Counted from the whole stretch's first letter, positions 26,510-42,311 are shown. The stretch: DNA of 63,742 nucleotides, filler included, from Cercozoa sp. M6MM (GCA_040357565.1; 9 parts of 9 records of this genome joined end to end with filler, not necessarily neighbours in it); one strand, 5' to 3'. Notes: generated by a model from the sequence alone, not told the origin. A program made the numbers and translations.

Positions 26510-27230
26510 CTACTTGCGGAGAGCCTTGACCTGCTTGCGCACAAAGTCACGCTTCTGCTGCTTGGCGAGCATGAGCTTGAAGCGCTCGAAGTCCGTCAGG
26601 TTGGCGCGCGTGGCCTGCTTGGCGAGCTTCTTGGCGAACGACGTCTTCTCGAACTTGGCGACAATCTCCTCCTTGGCAAGAGCCTTCTTGATCGTCTTGG
26701 CGCGGGCGCCACGGCCGATCTTGATCTTGAGGTTCGTCATCAAGAGACGCTTGAGCGGGAAGCTCTGGCGCGTCATGCCCGTGACATCTGCACGCACGCA
26801 CAGAATACAAAATACACCCAATCCTCGTGGCACAAAAATACGCTGAAACAGGGACAATATCAAATCACATCCAAATTCAATACGGCACAAATACGACACG
26901 TCAAATACGACAAAAATACGGCACAAAAACGAGATACGGACACTCAGAAAGCGAAAACGCACCAACCGGACCGTCGATGAGCACGCGGTTGTGATCGATA
27001 ACATCGACAATAGCGGCAAGCTTGCCGTAGTCCTCGCCGAAACCGACGCACACGATGCGGCCAATCTGGACGTTGCGCGACTACAGGGCAGACACACACA
27101 TCATTAAACGTTCAGAGCAGCACACAGAGCTCGCCGGGCCCGTCAAAATCGAGGACAGCGCCAGGTGCGCAGAACAGCACAACGAACCAGCAGCACAACC
27201 AGAGCATGTACGGGAGTCACGGCTTACCAT
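26510..27230 (-). CDS. RPL14: 60S ribosomal protein L14 (eL14), 3 exons
   Basis: ATG|gtaagc micro-exon; VQIGRIV..GEDYGKLAAIVDVIDHNRVLIDGP; RANLTDFERFKLMLAK; TAG at 26510-26512. Confidence 0.97.
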
Positions 27231-27464
27231 TCTGTGAGGGAACAAAAATCCTTCGAAGCGTCAAATTTTGCGCGGAGCGACGATTTTCACTTTTGTATTC
27301 GATGAAAAAAATCGTCGCTCCGGGAGGCTAGAATCAGCGATCGTCGAAGCTTTCGTGTTGGTTAGTGTGATGCTAGCAGTGGTTTTTGCTACAGATGGTT
27401 GTACAATTGTTTTACGCGCATTCTGACGAAGCAGGATCTGACTGATCTTTGCTGCATTCGTGCG

Positions 27465-28507
27465 ATGGTGTGGTACGCTTGTGGCTCCAACGGGCACGGC
27501 GTCCTCGGTGTTGGCGATTTGGAGGACCGCGCCCAATTGACGCCTGTGAATGCGCCGTTTCTTCTTAGTGGTGCCTCTCCCTCGAGTTGCTACGTTCCGC
27601 GCGGGTATGCTGATACGATAAATTCACCTTGTGCAGACTCGGAGCTCAGGTGTGGCGGGTGTCACAGTGCAGTGATTGACGCAGACGGCCGCGTTTACAC
27701 CTGGGGCAGCAGTAGCTTCTTTTTGGCTTGGTTTAGTGCCTGGGTGTAGATTTAGTTGTGCGATTAGACTCACATGGACAGCTGGGATACGACAGTAAGG
27801 CCGAGGTGTTCCTGCACACGTGTGTTGTGCTGTGTTGATCAGTTCGTGTCTATTCAGGTCCAGCTGGAGCCGAAACTTCTTGGTTCTTTTGATGACGTGT
27901 GTTGCGGGTACTTTTTGTTCTCTGTAACCATGTAACATTGTGTCTGTGCGTCTGTGTGGTGAGATGTGCACACGTACCCTGGTAGCTGGCAACACACGTT
28001 GCTGCGTCGTGGCACTCGACTCTTCGCGTGTGGACGTGCTGTCGATGGACAACTGGGCCGAGGTAGCTTTCTCCTGATATCAATGTCCGCGCGGAAGTGT
28101 ATTCTTTGATGTAGGCAGTGACAAGGACTTACATCTGCGCGAGGTGCCTTTTGACGAAGCTGTGGCAGGCATGGTATTTTCTGCATGTTGGTGTTGTCGT
28201 TGAAGGCACTGAGATGTGAGGCAGGCCGCGTGCTGGCGACAGTCGCTAGTGTGGACAGCAGAGGGTCGACTCTTTGGCAGTGGGCACTCGCGCAAGGGCA
28301 ATGTACGACACATAACTCTGCTGTGGTGTTGAGACATTGTCTCACACAGGCCTTTGTGCACAGCTTGGATTCACCGGCAAAACTGACGTCTTTGTGGAGA
28401 TTCCGCTGCCAGTACACTTGCTTTCATGCTGTGGGTTTTATTGCTATTCAATACACACATGTAGATATATATATATATATGTTTATATGTATGTTTATAT
28501 ATCAAAA

Positions 28508-28557
<50 letters not shown>

Positions 28558-29406
28558 CAAAGAGTATGCGAGTAAACGTGATGTTGCAGGAAGGTCGCGC
28601 AGAGAAAGCTGCGGCTGGGATGCACTTTTGCGCCGTCGTATTGAGCACAGGTCGAATGCTGGTGTTGGGCCAGTTCCTTCGGGTACTCTTCTGTCTGCAT
28701 CAAGAGGGGGGGGGGTAATCTGGTATGCTTGAGACATGGGTGCAGACAGGCTTGCTAGATGTCGAAACGCTGCACAAAGCCGCCGTTGATTTCGACTTGG
28801 ACGGCGACAGAAGCAGCGATGACGAGAATGACGACACCGACGAAGAACGAATCATCGATGTTCAGTGTGGTTGGCAGGTAGCGTTTCTTTGTGCACACAA
28901 ACAATGAACAAACTGAACGCAGATTGAACGCATTCTCTTGTAGCACCTGGCCGTGTTGACCAACAAACACAACGCTTTTGTTCTTGGCAAGAACAATCAC
29001 GGTTTGTTTGATGTACATCTATACAGTATATTTATATATGATTAAACTGCTCCTGTTTAGGTCAGGCGGTTGTGTCCGACGGAATCGCTCGCGTTGGAAA
29101 CGTCGCTGCGATCGCGTGTGGCACGCAGCACACGCTTTTGCTCACCCGTACTGGTCAAGGTAACCTGCCCCAAGTCTTTCTGTATTTGTCGGGCAAGAAA
29201 ATACAAAAAAAATGTCGATAGTGCACGGCTGTGGATGGAACGAGCATGGCAATCTGTGCAGCGACGACGCTGTTGTCACTGGCGGCTTTGTTCGCCTTAG
29301 TATTCCTGGGGCGCAGGTGGCGCACAGGATTCTCGGTGCTGGTGCTGCCACCTTTGTCGACTTCGCGGTCGTTCCTTCTGCCACTGCGGCTTCACCTCAC
29401 TTCTAG
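27465..29406 (+). CDS. RCC1-repeat protein (SERGEF-like)
   Basis: MVWYACGSNGHGVLGVGD; CGGCHSAVIDADGRVYTWG; FACGRAVDGQLG; AAGMHFCAV; VQCGWQH; GCGWNEHGNL. Confidence 0.85.
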
Positions 29407-29439
29407 AAAAATTCTAAGCTTTTAGAAGCACAAAAGTCA

Positions 29440-30334
29440 CCTAAATTACCTCAACTCGGCTTGAAAATAGTTTTCGGCGACACAAGCACAGATCACGACA
29501 GACGGCATTCGATTTCTTGCGATCACGAGCCCCGCGACGGAGACGCCGTGGGGAGTCATGCAGAGCAGACTCCTCTTCTGGCTCCGCATATCACATCCAA
29601 CTTTAGCGCACGCTATAAACGATACGTGTTCCCGAAATTACGTTGCAGATGCTGCATATGCTCCATGGACAGGTACCACGAAAGAGTCGCTATCTCGTCG
29701 TCTCAAGCTCGCCGCCGTCCGTCAAGTCGTCGAGACCCCCATAAATTTAGCTACCCGACTAGAGCTTTTCGCTATTCGATGTACTATCTTGTGGGTGCAA
29801 CTGAAGGTTAAATTGTATCGGCCAGCTTGAACAGATAGTAGCACACCGGCACGGCTGTCACGTGGGATCGAGCTTCTCTTCAACCAGTGGCACGCTGTGA
29901 AGCATAGCAATGGCGTGGCTGCGACGCACTTAATGGCTGAATTGCGACGCTGGACGGCAAGCCAGGCAGACTCCTGTCGGAGGGAGCGTGCGTCGTTTAA
30001 TATACGTCGCAATTGACCCTGGAAGTGGCGCTGGCGGGATCACTCCGGTAGCTTGACTACTTCCAGCGGCTGCCGCTGGCTGCACCATCGACAGCACACT
30101 CGTAAAAAAGCTTGAATGCCAAGTGCTCGTTAGTGAGTTGGAGCAGCGACTCAGCACAGAAACTGGTCTCAATACCAAAGCTGGAGTTGAAGCAGTCTGC
30201 GAGTAGCTCGATGATGTCGGTGGGGCGGAGGGTGCGGTCTGGGGGGCCGCGACCGGTATCGGTAGCGGGGTTTCTACCGCACTGACACTGAGAGCTGTCA
30301 GTGCGATCAGCGTAAATGCCGCGAACTTGCTCAT
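29440..30334 (-). CDS. Secreted Pro/Ser/Ala/Thr-rich hypothetical protein (3' end uncertain)
   Basis: Signal peptide MSKFAAFTLIALTALSVSA followed by mucin-like PIPVAAPQTAPSAPPTSSS. Confidence 0.5.
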
Positions 30335-30725
30335 TTTCACACAATGACTCAATGGCAGTCTCGTCGGAGTCTAAATTTATTTCTTTACACTCACTCGATT
30401 GAAAACAGCTGAGCTCAGAGGCCAGAGGAGAAAGTACCGTGACCAACGCCTTAAAGATGGCTAAACTAACTAAAGCTAAGTAACTTTACTGCCTTGCAGT
30501 TCGTAAGCTCGGTGTTAGTTTAGCCGGTCTAAAGCCGAGAGCAAATCGACGTGCGCGTGCTGACTTTGGGTCAGCACACTCCAGACACCGGCTTCTAGCC
30601 CTGCACTGCTCAGCGAACGCCTACCTACTGAACCCCAAAGTCGCACGAGCTCCACTCCCACCATCGAAAACACTACGATGGATGAGTATGGTGCAAACTT
30701 ATCGTGGGTACCAATAAATTTAAAT

Positions 30726-32643
30726 TTATTGATGCAACTCAACGGCAAATCTCAACGGTCCTAGAAATTGAACACTATCGTATGGCTGGTACGCGACTGG
30801 ACCGTCCTCAGTCCGATAGCGAACGCATAAAGTCAATGGAGCGGCTCCACAAACACCGCCGGGCGGCAGGCGACAGCACTTCAAGCAGGGCCTCCACGTG
30901 CTGCGGCGTCGAACTTTGTCCGTCGCTGCGGCCCACGAAAATGACTTAAAAAACCTGGGAATGTGAATTTCGAAAAGAGAAACACACAAGACAACATCGT
31001 CGCCACTCGCAGAATCGATCGTTCGCGTCAAAAGAGTTGCCGTCACTGGTGTAACCTCGCTTGCAAACTGGTTTCACCCAATCAAAAAGAAGATAGAATA
31101 CCCACCAGTATTGAGAGCAAAACTAATCTTACATTGTCGAGTACAACGAGTTCACAAAGTGCCGGCCAATCGCGGTGTTTGCAAGCTCGCACAACGCTTG
31201 AGTTCACATTGTCTGAGTCATCACCATAAACAGTCTCCAGCAGGCGCTGCAAGGCCTGGTCTCTGTGAAGAAAAGTGTAATTTGTTTACTCGAGAAATAT
31301 AGTTTGGAAGTAAGGACCACCAAAAAATACCTCAATCGAAACAAGCGTTTCTCTTGGCACATTCGAAGCCAGAACACTTCACGATTCGCATCGATTTCGC
31401 CGGGCTTACTGCGACTCCAACAAAGTAGACTAAGGGAGAGAAAGGAATGGGAGGATTACTCGGTGTGCATGGCAAGGTAATCGTCCGGAGGCGATGACCA
31501 AAAATTCACTGCTTTCGTTCCTGCCTGCTGACCAACAATGTGGGGATGGGGTAAACCAGGGGTAAGAAAACCTCAGACTCGACGGCGTGCCACCAGCCGG
31601 CCGGCAGGAGCAAACATTCGTTGGCACGAACCGTGCGCACAACAGCATCCTTCCTACGTTATTGTGATGCGCTCCCAAAACGAAAAGTGACCACCTATAC
31701 TGTCAGCACACAAGCACACCTGTAAGTCGTCCGTGCGAGCTCGAGTGCGCGTTCAAAAGTGCACCGCGAGTGCTGAATCGTCCCTTCCCACTGCAGGAGG
31801 AAGTCAACGAGCCAAAAGAGTATACAGGGAGAGGTGAAAGTCTGTACAACAGCACACGCGTCGATTTCGGGGAAATCCGCCGCTTTCGGAGGCAGCAGGA
31901 CCACTTTTTTCGAGCCCTACACAAACTAAATAGCACACAGAAAGGCAATCCCCTAGAGTTAGAAGATAACAACACCTCCAACACGCAGAGTGCGTTGTGC
32001 CAGGCATCCCAGTGCAGTGCCGATCGTGTGGCACGTGGCGACATCCACATGTGCACCGACACCAGTCGTTCCTGCCTGCCAGTGCGCACACGGACCACTT
32101 AGAGGCACCTAACGTCTTTGTCTCTTAAACTCAGTGTACCCAGTTGGACACAGGGAAGTGTCAACGCCCAAACTGGCGCCCAAAGGCGTCGCTTCGCCTG
32201 ACTTGTACAGCGCCACTTGCGAGAGGTACTGCACACAGCAACGCCCCCTCTAACTAGACTGGCACAAATTTGAATCAGTTTTAGGGTGCTACTGTTCGAA
32301 CTTGCGAATCGCTTTCCTTGCATTCGAAACTGCAGCAAGCACACTCTCTTTTTCCGAATCCTGACGGCACCCATGCCGGTCAGGCTCGGTTCATTTTGCT
32401 TCTTGTACCGATCGAGGAAGGCACCGAAACGCAGCTGCAGTGTTTGGTGGGTCAGACCTGAAAAGTTCGCGCCGCTGTCCAACTCTGCCGAGACCTGACA
32501 CTCGCGACAGATGGATCGGAACAACGACAGATAAAGGGATATGTGACTGCACTCACTTCGATCAGCACATCATTGGCTCGACGCAGACTCTCAGTCGAAA
32601 GATCTATTATAGGTTTCTCCAGTACTACCAAACGAGGCTCCAT
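30726..32643 (-). CDS. JmjC/cupin-like 8 domain 2-oxoglutarate oxygenase (ends approximate)
   Basis: YLSQV, HMWMSPRATRSALHWDAWHNALCVLE|GSKKVVLLPP (HxD), LLLPAGWWHAVES (distal His). Confidence 0.88.
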
Positions 32644-32760
32644 GGTGTTAACACGCCTGGAAACTCTAAAAAGAGGCCAAAAAAGGAGATTATTGTTTTG
32701 CTTGTTTTGCCCGGCGCTCCCACCATTCTGGGCTAAGTTAGCCAACCAACGGGTGTAGGG

Positions 32761-33357
32761 ATGTTACGACTACGAAAGTGCACCAGAGGTCGCCTGTTAG
32801 GCCGATTCCGCTTCTTCGCCACGCAGGCGCATGGTGCATTTATTGCGTCTCAGTGGGGGTTGGGTGGACACGTGTGACACAAATGAGCCGCGTGTGTTGC
32901 TGTCACTCGACAGAGTCGATCACCGATCATCTGAACGCCGTGGCGAGGGCGACGCGAGTGTTCCTGTGCGTTTCTTGAGCCAGCGGGGGGCGGCGTTTCT
33001 CCAACAAGTTGTTGCTGTTTCAGGGAGAGCGATGGGACGCAGTACAAGCTGCGCAACGAGTCGCCGTCGTCGCTGTTTTTTGCGTCGCGTGCCGAGTTCC
33101 AATGGTACCGCTTTGGAGTTTTAGGCCGCGCCCCTCCCCTCGCCCCCCCCCCGTAGGCAGCTGGTGCAGCGATGTGTGTCGCTATGTGCGCCGGCATTTT
33201 CCGAAGGCAACGCCATGTTATGTATGTGCCACTTTGCCCAGGGTGAGGGGAAGGGGTACTATCACTGTGTGTGTGTTTGTGTGTTGGTAGCCAAGCTGGA
33301 GATCAGTGTGCCCGAAAAAGAGGAGGCACTGCTCGCGCTGTTGGGAGCTTTGCTTGG
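32761..33357 (+). CDS. Hypothetical gene, 5' exons (truncated by contig end)
   Basis: ATG 32761 with Arg-rich presequence-like start; exon AKLEISVPEKEEALLALLGALL followed by GTAG donor and C-rich intron. Confidence 0.35.
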
Positions 33358-33360
33358 TAG

Positions 33361-33549
33361 GTTTACACCCCTCTTTACCCCCCTCTTTACCCCCCTCTTT
33401 ACCCCCCTCTTTACCCCCCACTTTACCCCCCTCTTTACCCCCCACTTTACTCCCCTCTTTACCCCCTCTTTACCCCCCCACTTTACCCCCCTCTTTACCC
33501 CCACTTTACCCCCCTCTTTACCCCCTCTTTACGCCCTCTTTACCCCCCC
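33361..33549 (+). repeat. 12-bp C-rich tandem repeat TTTACCCCCCTC (intronic)
   Basis: About 15 direct copies running into the contig end. Confidence 0.95.
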
Positions 33550-33649
33550 NNNNNNNNNNNNNNNNNNNNNNNNNNNNNNNNNNNNNNNNNNNNTTAATTA
33601 ATTAANNNNNNNNNNNNNNNNNNNNNNNNNNNNNNNNNNNNNNNNNNNN

Positions 33650-33708
<59 letters not shown>

Positions 33709-33709
<1 letters not shown>

Positions 33710-34515
33710 ACGACACGGACCTCGTGCTGCTCGCGTTCGACCTGTCGGACGCGCACAGTTTCGAGTACGTGCTGCGGTGGCTGCAGGAGGAGATTCCCGA
33801 TTCGGTGCCCGTGATCATGATGGCCACCAAGAGTGACCAGGGCGAGGCCACGCAGCTCGACTCGGAGGAGAACGATCAGCCCATCGATACCGTCTTGGTA
33901 GACACAACCTGCCCCTTTCTTACTATTATACATGTGCATATGTATATATAATGTCCTGGGGTGAGTATGCAGGTGGCGGCCGACTACAACCTCACCGTGC
34001 CCGAGATCTCGTCGGCCTTTGAGGACAACCGCACCTTTGCTGAACGCGCCGCCATGCTCGTGCAGGTCGCGCAGACGCCGTACCTTGCCCTGCTGTCCAC
34101 TCTGCCGATACACAATGTATACATGTGCCTACCCTGTGCAGGGAGGACTTCCGGCCAGATTTTGGAGAGGACGCCTCCACGCAGACAATGCGCACGATCA
34201 AAACGGTGTGTTTGTGGCCTACCTGCCTGCTCTTGTTTGTACCACTGTGTGCGTGGGTAGATTGTGAAGCGCGGCATTACACTGACATTACTGGGAGGTC
34301 TTGTCTTTGCCAGCTACTACCTGATCACGCAGCGGCTACTCGCCAAGGGCAAGAAGAACAACAACAGCAGCAGCAGCAACAGGACGCCAGCAGTCACTGC
34401 AATCAGCAGCGTAAGTTCCCCCGCCACGGCCACTTCGAGTCTCGCCGCTGCACCCGCCGCTGCCTCATCAATGCCGCCTGCAGCATCACACGCGACGTCA
34501 ATGGCACCGCAATAA
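33709..34515 (+). CDS. RHOT1: Mitochondrial Rho GTPase (Miro), C-terminal GTPase domain and tail anchor (5' missing)
   Basis: DLVLLAFDLSDAHSFEYV...VPVIMMATKSD, then TM GITLTLLGGLVFASYYLI flanked by basic residues. Confidence 0.75.
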
Positions 34516-34566
34516 ACAACGTCTGCCGCACCGGGGAAGCTTGCCGGCAGTGGTTTCGTTTAGTTT

Positions 34567-34602
34567 CCCCGAGAACAAAGGGTTCGTAACGACGCCGTAA
34601 TC
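34567..34602 (+). mobile_element. Solo end of the CCCCGAGAAC TIR family
   Basis: CCCCGAGAACAAAGGGTTCGTAACGACGCCGTAA closely matches the left end at 23026. Confidence 0.65.
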
Positions 34603-35306
34603 CCTTAGAATTTTTTTGAGCCAAACATGCTTCGCTTATTCGTGGATTTCAGTCACGCCACAGCACTACCGATACACAAAATGTGTGTGCTTGATTGGCC
34701 CGAACAGGTACCATGGACCAAGATGGCAAGGTTTATGTGGTTCGTGCGCCGTCCCGTCTCTGATTCGCTAGGCTGATGAGCACCGATTGCAAAGTGTTGT
34801 TCAAAACTGGCGCGCAAGTGATGAGCCTGCTCATTGCGCTAGCGCGGTATTGCATGACCCGAACTGAAGTGTTGAGCGTGAGGGCGATAACCAGCAAGTG
34901 TTCTCCGGTGGCCTTCCGTTCCCCTCGGTCTTGCTTTCTGTCCTGCCTGTGTCTACTTATTCCTTACTTGTGCATATCCGTAGTGTCCTTGAGTGTTCTT
35001 GGCAGCGAAGCGCCTGCCTGCGCCGCATTGTGTTGGTGTCGACGTTGCAATGAACAATGAAGTACTGGCTCAGTCCTACCTATCTCTCCTACCCCACCCC
35101 TATCCTTAGTGTCCTAGCTTTGTCCAGATAGAAGTCTAGACTTAAGGGGACTGTCGAAACGTTCTAGCCTGTCTAGGGAATGTCTACGACCTGCCCTCAG
35201 GGAGAAGCATTGGCTGCTGTCGAGAAGGGGGGTTTCAGTCTAGGACTCGGGTTACTGTCACCCAGAAGCGTGATACTTGGGTTCAACATTCACGGGTGGC
35301 TGCCTT

Positions 35307-35480
35307 TCGATAGAGATAGAGGACGTTGGGCGGCTCGATCGGACAGATAGAGGACCTTGGGCGGCTCGAAGAGATAAAACATCATTGGGCGGCTCAAAGA
35401 CATAAGCATCGTTGGGACGGCTCGAAGATATCAGACAAACATCACATCGTTGGGCGGCTCGATAGAGATAGAGATCGTGG
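35307..35480. repeat. Degenerate tandem array, core TTGGGCGGCTCGA, 5 copies, 28-37 bp period
   Basis: Core recurs at about 35326, 35357, 35385, 35412, 35450 with GA-rich variable linkers, just 3' of the Rpt1 stop. Confidence 0.8.
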
Positions 35481-35506
35481 GGGTGACCCGGCCGTCGAAG
35501 CCGAAG

Positions 35507-37895
<2,389 letters not shown>

Positions 37896-38352
37896 CGTGC
37901 GGCGTGAGAACGTGCTTGTTACAGCTGTAGTCAGCTCAACGACACGAGACACAGTGGCAATGCCAGAAACGGCCTTCAAAATTTGCAAACCTAGCCAGTC
38001 CAAATCGACAGTACGGATCGGCGTCTTTATTATTAGGAAAATCTAGGGAATCATGTGCTATTAATGAGACAACAGGCTGTGTCTAGTGTGGCTTACTACT
38101 GTTTCAAGGTTAACTGTGCATCTACAATGCGAATTCACGCGCTTGGCCTTCCGCACGAAGTTGCCGAGGACGAGATTTCAGTCACCTCGTAAATTGCATT
38201 TTGGCTGTTTTACCGTATTTCTACGCCTGTGTTAAAGTGACATTGCAGCCATAATCATTGACAGTGCATTGTTTATTGGAGGTAAGGCACTCTAAGCCAG
38301 TTTTTCGGTGTTGCCAGTCCGTTTCTCTGGCACAGAACCGCTTCTTTCGGAT

Positions 38353-39725
38353 GAGATGTTGGAGGGTGACCGAGTCAGCTTTGCTTTCAAGCACGTTCCT
38401 TTGCTTCTTCGAGCAAGCGAAAACGACAAAACTGAATCCGAAAGCACCAGAGTCAGCGGTGGTGCTCGATTGTGTCACGCATGCCTGCACACGGTTGCGG
38501 TCGTGCTCGAAGGCAAAAATCGCACGGTCGCTCTCGTGTCGCGTTCCAGTGACGCTGACGGGCAGTTCGACGTGCAGTTCCGACAGATCGAGATTGACGA
38601 GGACCGTGGCGAGATTGTTGAAATCACAGGCGGCCTCGATTTCTGTACTTTCCACTTTGTCGTCATTCCATTTGTTTTGTGCGCATCGAGCGTTTTTGAA
38701 GTGCTGCTGCTGCTGGAGGACGGTTCAGTGGCACGAATTTCGCTCTCTGCGACGGGTTCGTACGGTGCTGGTGATTTTAACTCAAGCAGTCCCACTTCGT
38801 TCGCTCAAGGTAGTTTGTCAACTCTTTCCACTCCTGGTTCAAACTGACATCATCGAGTGTCGGTGGTGGCACAGAAGACATGCCGCTGCAGGCCGAAGTA
38901 CCGATTGAATTTGACGCGCAAGTGACGGGACAGCGTGCTTCTCAAGTCTGTGCTGGTATTGATCGATACACTTCGGTATGTGCTTAAGGTTGTTCCAACT
39001 GTTCTCTTCCTGGTGTAGGCCATGCGCACGGTGCAGTGCGCGTTGAGGATGCCGTGTACGTCTTTGGACTCAACGCACCTTCAGTCGATTCTGACTCGGT
39101 TGTAACAACCGACGCCAAGCAAGCCAAGAAGTACACCAGCGATCCTCTGTGCGTGCCACGCGAGCAAATGTATGCTGCACTGCGACCTGTTCTGCTTGAC
39201 GATGTTGAAGGTACTGCACTTTGTGTTTCTTTTTCGTGTACTCTTTCGGTGCGTTTGAGATGCACGCTGTGTTTGTGGTAGCTACCAGTGTGTCTTGTGG
39301 ACCGTACTCGACCCACATCCAGTTTTCACCGATGAGCTACACCTGACGCTTCACTCGAAAAGCTTAGCATGCAAATGCTGGTTGACTCCTTTGACACCTT
39401 TGCTCGTTGATGCTGTCTCTCTTCGTGCAGTCGCTTTGCAGCCTTTTGGTAGGCCTTCCAACTGTCACTGCAAACAAGTTAAACGTATATTACAGGTACA
39501 ATACTAAAAACAACAACAACTATCAATGAACAACAGAATCTATGTACGTGTGCAACGACAGCTTCGAAAAGTCAATGTCAATATTCAGTCGCATCAGCTT
39601 CAAGATCGTGTCAGCTGCGCGGTCTGGTACTGGGCGCCAACGCACCTCCAACACCCGACGTGTTTCTTTCTTCTGCAGAAACGGAGTGTTGTCGGTTTAG
39701 TGCACTTTTTATTTTAAAGAAGTAA
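38353..39725 (+). CDS. Hypothetical multi-exon protein ending just before the Merlin insertion
   Basis: ORF MLEGDRVSFAFKHVPLLLR... plus further GT-AG exons; stops at 39717 or 39725 depending on frame. Confidence 0.45.
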
Positions 39726-39734
39726 AAGGAACCT

Positions 39735-42311
39735 GGGAATCCTACCGTATCGTCGGGTAAAAATAGTGAGCCGATAAAACTGAGCCAACAAGTAGTTTTC
39801 ATGTTGATCAGTTTACAATGATAGCACGTTTAACTGACCCCCAGTGTGTGCTCTATAAATACACTAGCAGTGTGCAGAGCATCATTAGCGATCGGGCGCG
39901 TCGATAGAAAATCAAAAATTTGTTGGGCGAGAAAAAACATGAGTGCCGACAAGAAGAAGAAAACGCCTGCTGAATCGCTCCAAATATTGCATTTTGCACA
40001 AGCAACAGACGAACTTGCGGAGCTTAAAGAGGAAGCCCTGCTTGAGGCACTACGGGTACATAAACACGATAGAAAAAACAACAAGTAGCGAAAATATTGG
40101 TACTGTGTTGCAGGAGCACTTGCACAAAAGCGTTAGCGGAGAAGACGTTCCGAGCTGCAAGCACTGCGAGCGGAAGCTTGTGCTCAAGGTGCGCAGCTAC
40201 CGAGGCGAGCACAAACTGGCCTGGTGCTGTACAGCAACGAAGCGTGACGACAACACAGCACGCAACAGCAAGTGCTGCGGGGTCTGCATCTTCCTGTCGA
40301 CAAGCCAAGCCGACGGCTTTCACACAGTCTTGTCGCACGGCAGCGGCTCTCTAAGTCAGAACCTGAGAGCTCTGCACGTGATGTTGTGGGACAAAGGCAC
40401 TATCTCAAGCATGGCTCGTACCGCCCGAAAAAAGCCCCGGTGGGCGCGGTCACTTCGTCGCCGCAGCGTCGGCATCCTCGGCCGCAGTGAACGCTTGCGT
40501 CAGGAGCAGTACCGACTCGGCGAACGTCTGTGCGCCAGCGACCAAGACGCGGACATCAGGCACGAGTGGGAGCAGAAGGCTCATGAACTCGGCTACAAGC
40601 ACTTCCTCGGATTCGTCACAGAGATTGACGAGGTACACATCATTTATAATGCAGATGTAGTACCAAGTTTTTGTAGTTCTGTCTCGGCAAGAACAAGCCA
40701 ACAAAGAACCAACACAGTCGTCCACAGCGCTCACATAAAGTGTGGGTGTTCTCGATGACTCTGTGCGCGCGTTTCAGGGACAAGGTACAAGCACACTTTG
40801 TACACTTCGCACACGCAACACACAGTTAGAACATATCGTCTCGCGCATGTATCCCGCAGGAAAACAAGCGCGAGACTCGGCGCGTGCTCGAGTACCGGTA
40901 CCAGGTGACCATGAAGCGAGACAACGAGAGTTTCTACCCCGTTCTCATGGAGAACGTGCTCATCAAGCCAGGCTCCACGCTGTTCCAGACTCAAACGTAC
41001 ATGCACTTTGTCAGAACACAAACACATAAATCAGTGCGGAGTTATGACTTGGTACACAGGGACTCGTGGAAGGCGTACCCTGTGGCCATGAGGAGAGCAA
41101 TCGCACATATCAAAGGCATCGACTATTCTGACGTGACGCACGAAGACCTCACCTGTTGTCTGGAGTCCGTCAACCACAGGCACGAGTGGGTCAAGCGGTC
41201 GACGCAGGACGCCAGCAAGACCGTCAACACCAACAGCACCGAAGGCGGCCGCAGTCACGTGCGTCAGCTGCTGAGCAGGTTCGTGCTGCTCAAAGGCGTC
41301 ACCGACCCTACAAGCATCGCCATGACTATGGCGTTCGTGCAGTGGTACCGCAACGCTACCCTCGGTTTTCGCATCGGAGAGCACGATGACGAGACCGTCA
41401 CCATGCTCACGCGCTTCCGTGACACGCGCCAGCTGAAAAAGTACGATGACGATATTGAGCGAAAGCTGTTCTTGTGGAAGCACGCGCTGCACTGTCTCTT
41501 CTCCCAGGTACTCTGATACACCAACCCTTATGGTGTCACAGCACATATACATATATATATATATATATATTCACCCATATCCAATGGATATAATGATTAA
41601 ATTTAGGGCATACAAATGGAGAAGAACACACGAACTCAGGAGGGACTTCTCGTGACGGTGCTCGCCACTCACGATCAGCGCTTTGTTGACCAACTCATTG
41701 CGCTGCTCGACGAAAACGACAGCGAGTCAAACGAGTGTCAAGACGAGGTATCTTCGCTTTACATTTAACATGAATTCGTACTTTACATGCTTGGGGCAGC
41801 GTGGTACTGTTGTCGAATATTCTACCTTTTGGCACAGAATCCGCGGCCGACAAAAAGAAGACGCGTGCGAGGCGAACCGTACTTGGTCGAAATTCTCGTC
41901 CCACAGGTCCAAGCCATGTACTTGGACGATGACGGCGATGCAGGAGACCAGGTGCAACGACCGCAGCGTGTTGCCAAGAACGCAGCTGCCTTGCGTCTCG
42001 CTCAGCAGCAATACGACGTCCTAGAGGAAGAGCATCAACTTAGCCAATGATGTGTCAATTAAAAGTTCGAAAAGCCTGCTACAAATGTCGAAAAACATCA
42101 ACCAATAAAGAAAAACAGATTGCACGTGCCTGCCTCGGGTGACCAAAAAACCCGAGCAACAATAACTCGACAAATAAGCATCTAGTACAATTCAAAAACG
42201 CCTAAACAATCACTACACACGCCCAGGCTTCATTAAAGGTAAAAACTAGCTTGTTTCGCGACAGTTTTTTTATGGGCTCACTATTTTACCCGACGATAGG
42301 GGAGGATGCCC
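39735..42311 (+). mobile_element. Merlin (IS1016/ISXO2-like) DNA transposon, complete, 2,577 bp
   Basis: Imperfect ~38-bp TIRs: GGGAATCCTACCGTATCGTCGGGTAAAAATAGTGAGCC vs reverse complement of right end GGGCATCCTCCCCTATCGTCGGGTAAAATAGTGAGCC; perfect 9-bp TSD AAGGAACCT at 39726-39734 and 42312-42320. Confidence 0.95.
39939..42050 (+). CDS. Merlin DDE transposase, 7 exons, no visible disabling mutation
   Basis: N-terminal CKHC...WCC zinc-ribbon-like region; VTEIDE|FCLGK..VWVFSM; IKPGSTL..TDSWKAY; VNHRHEWV..VNTNSTEG; six GT-AG introns keep frame; TGA at 42050. Confidence 0.9.

Noticed and set aside
35307-35480. Possible CRISPR array
   Set aside because: Repeat only about 13 bp, linkers mutually similar and short, no cas genes, eukaryotic context
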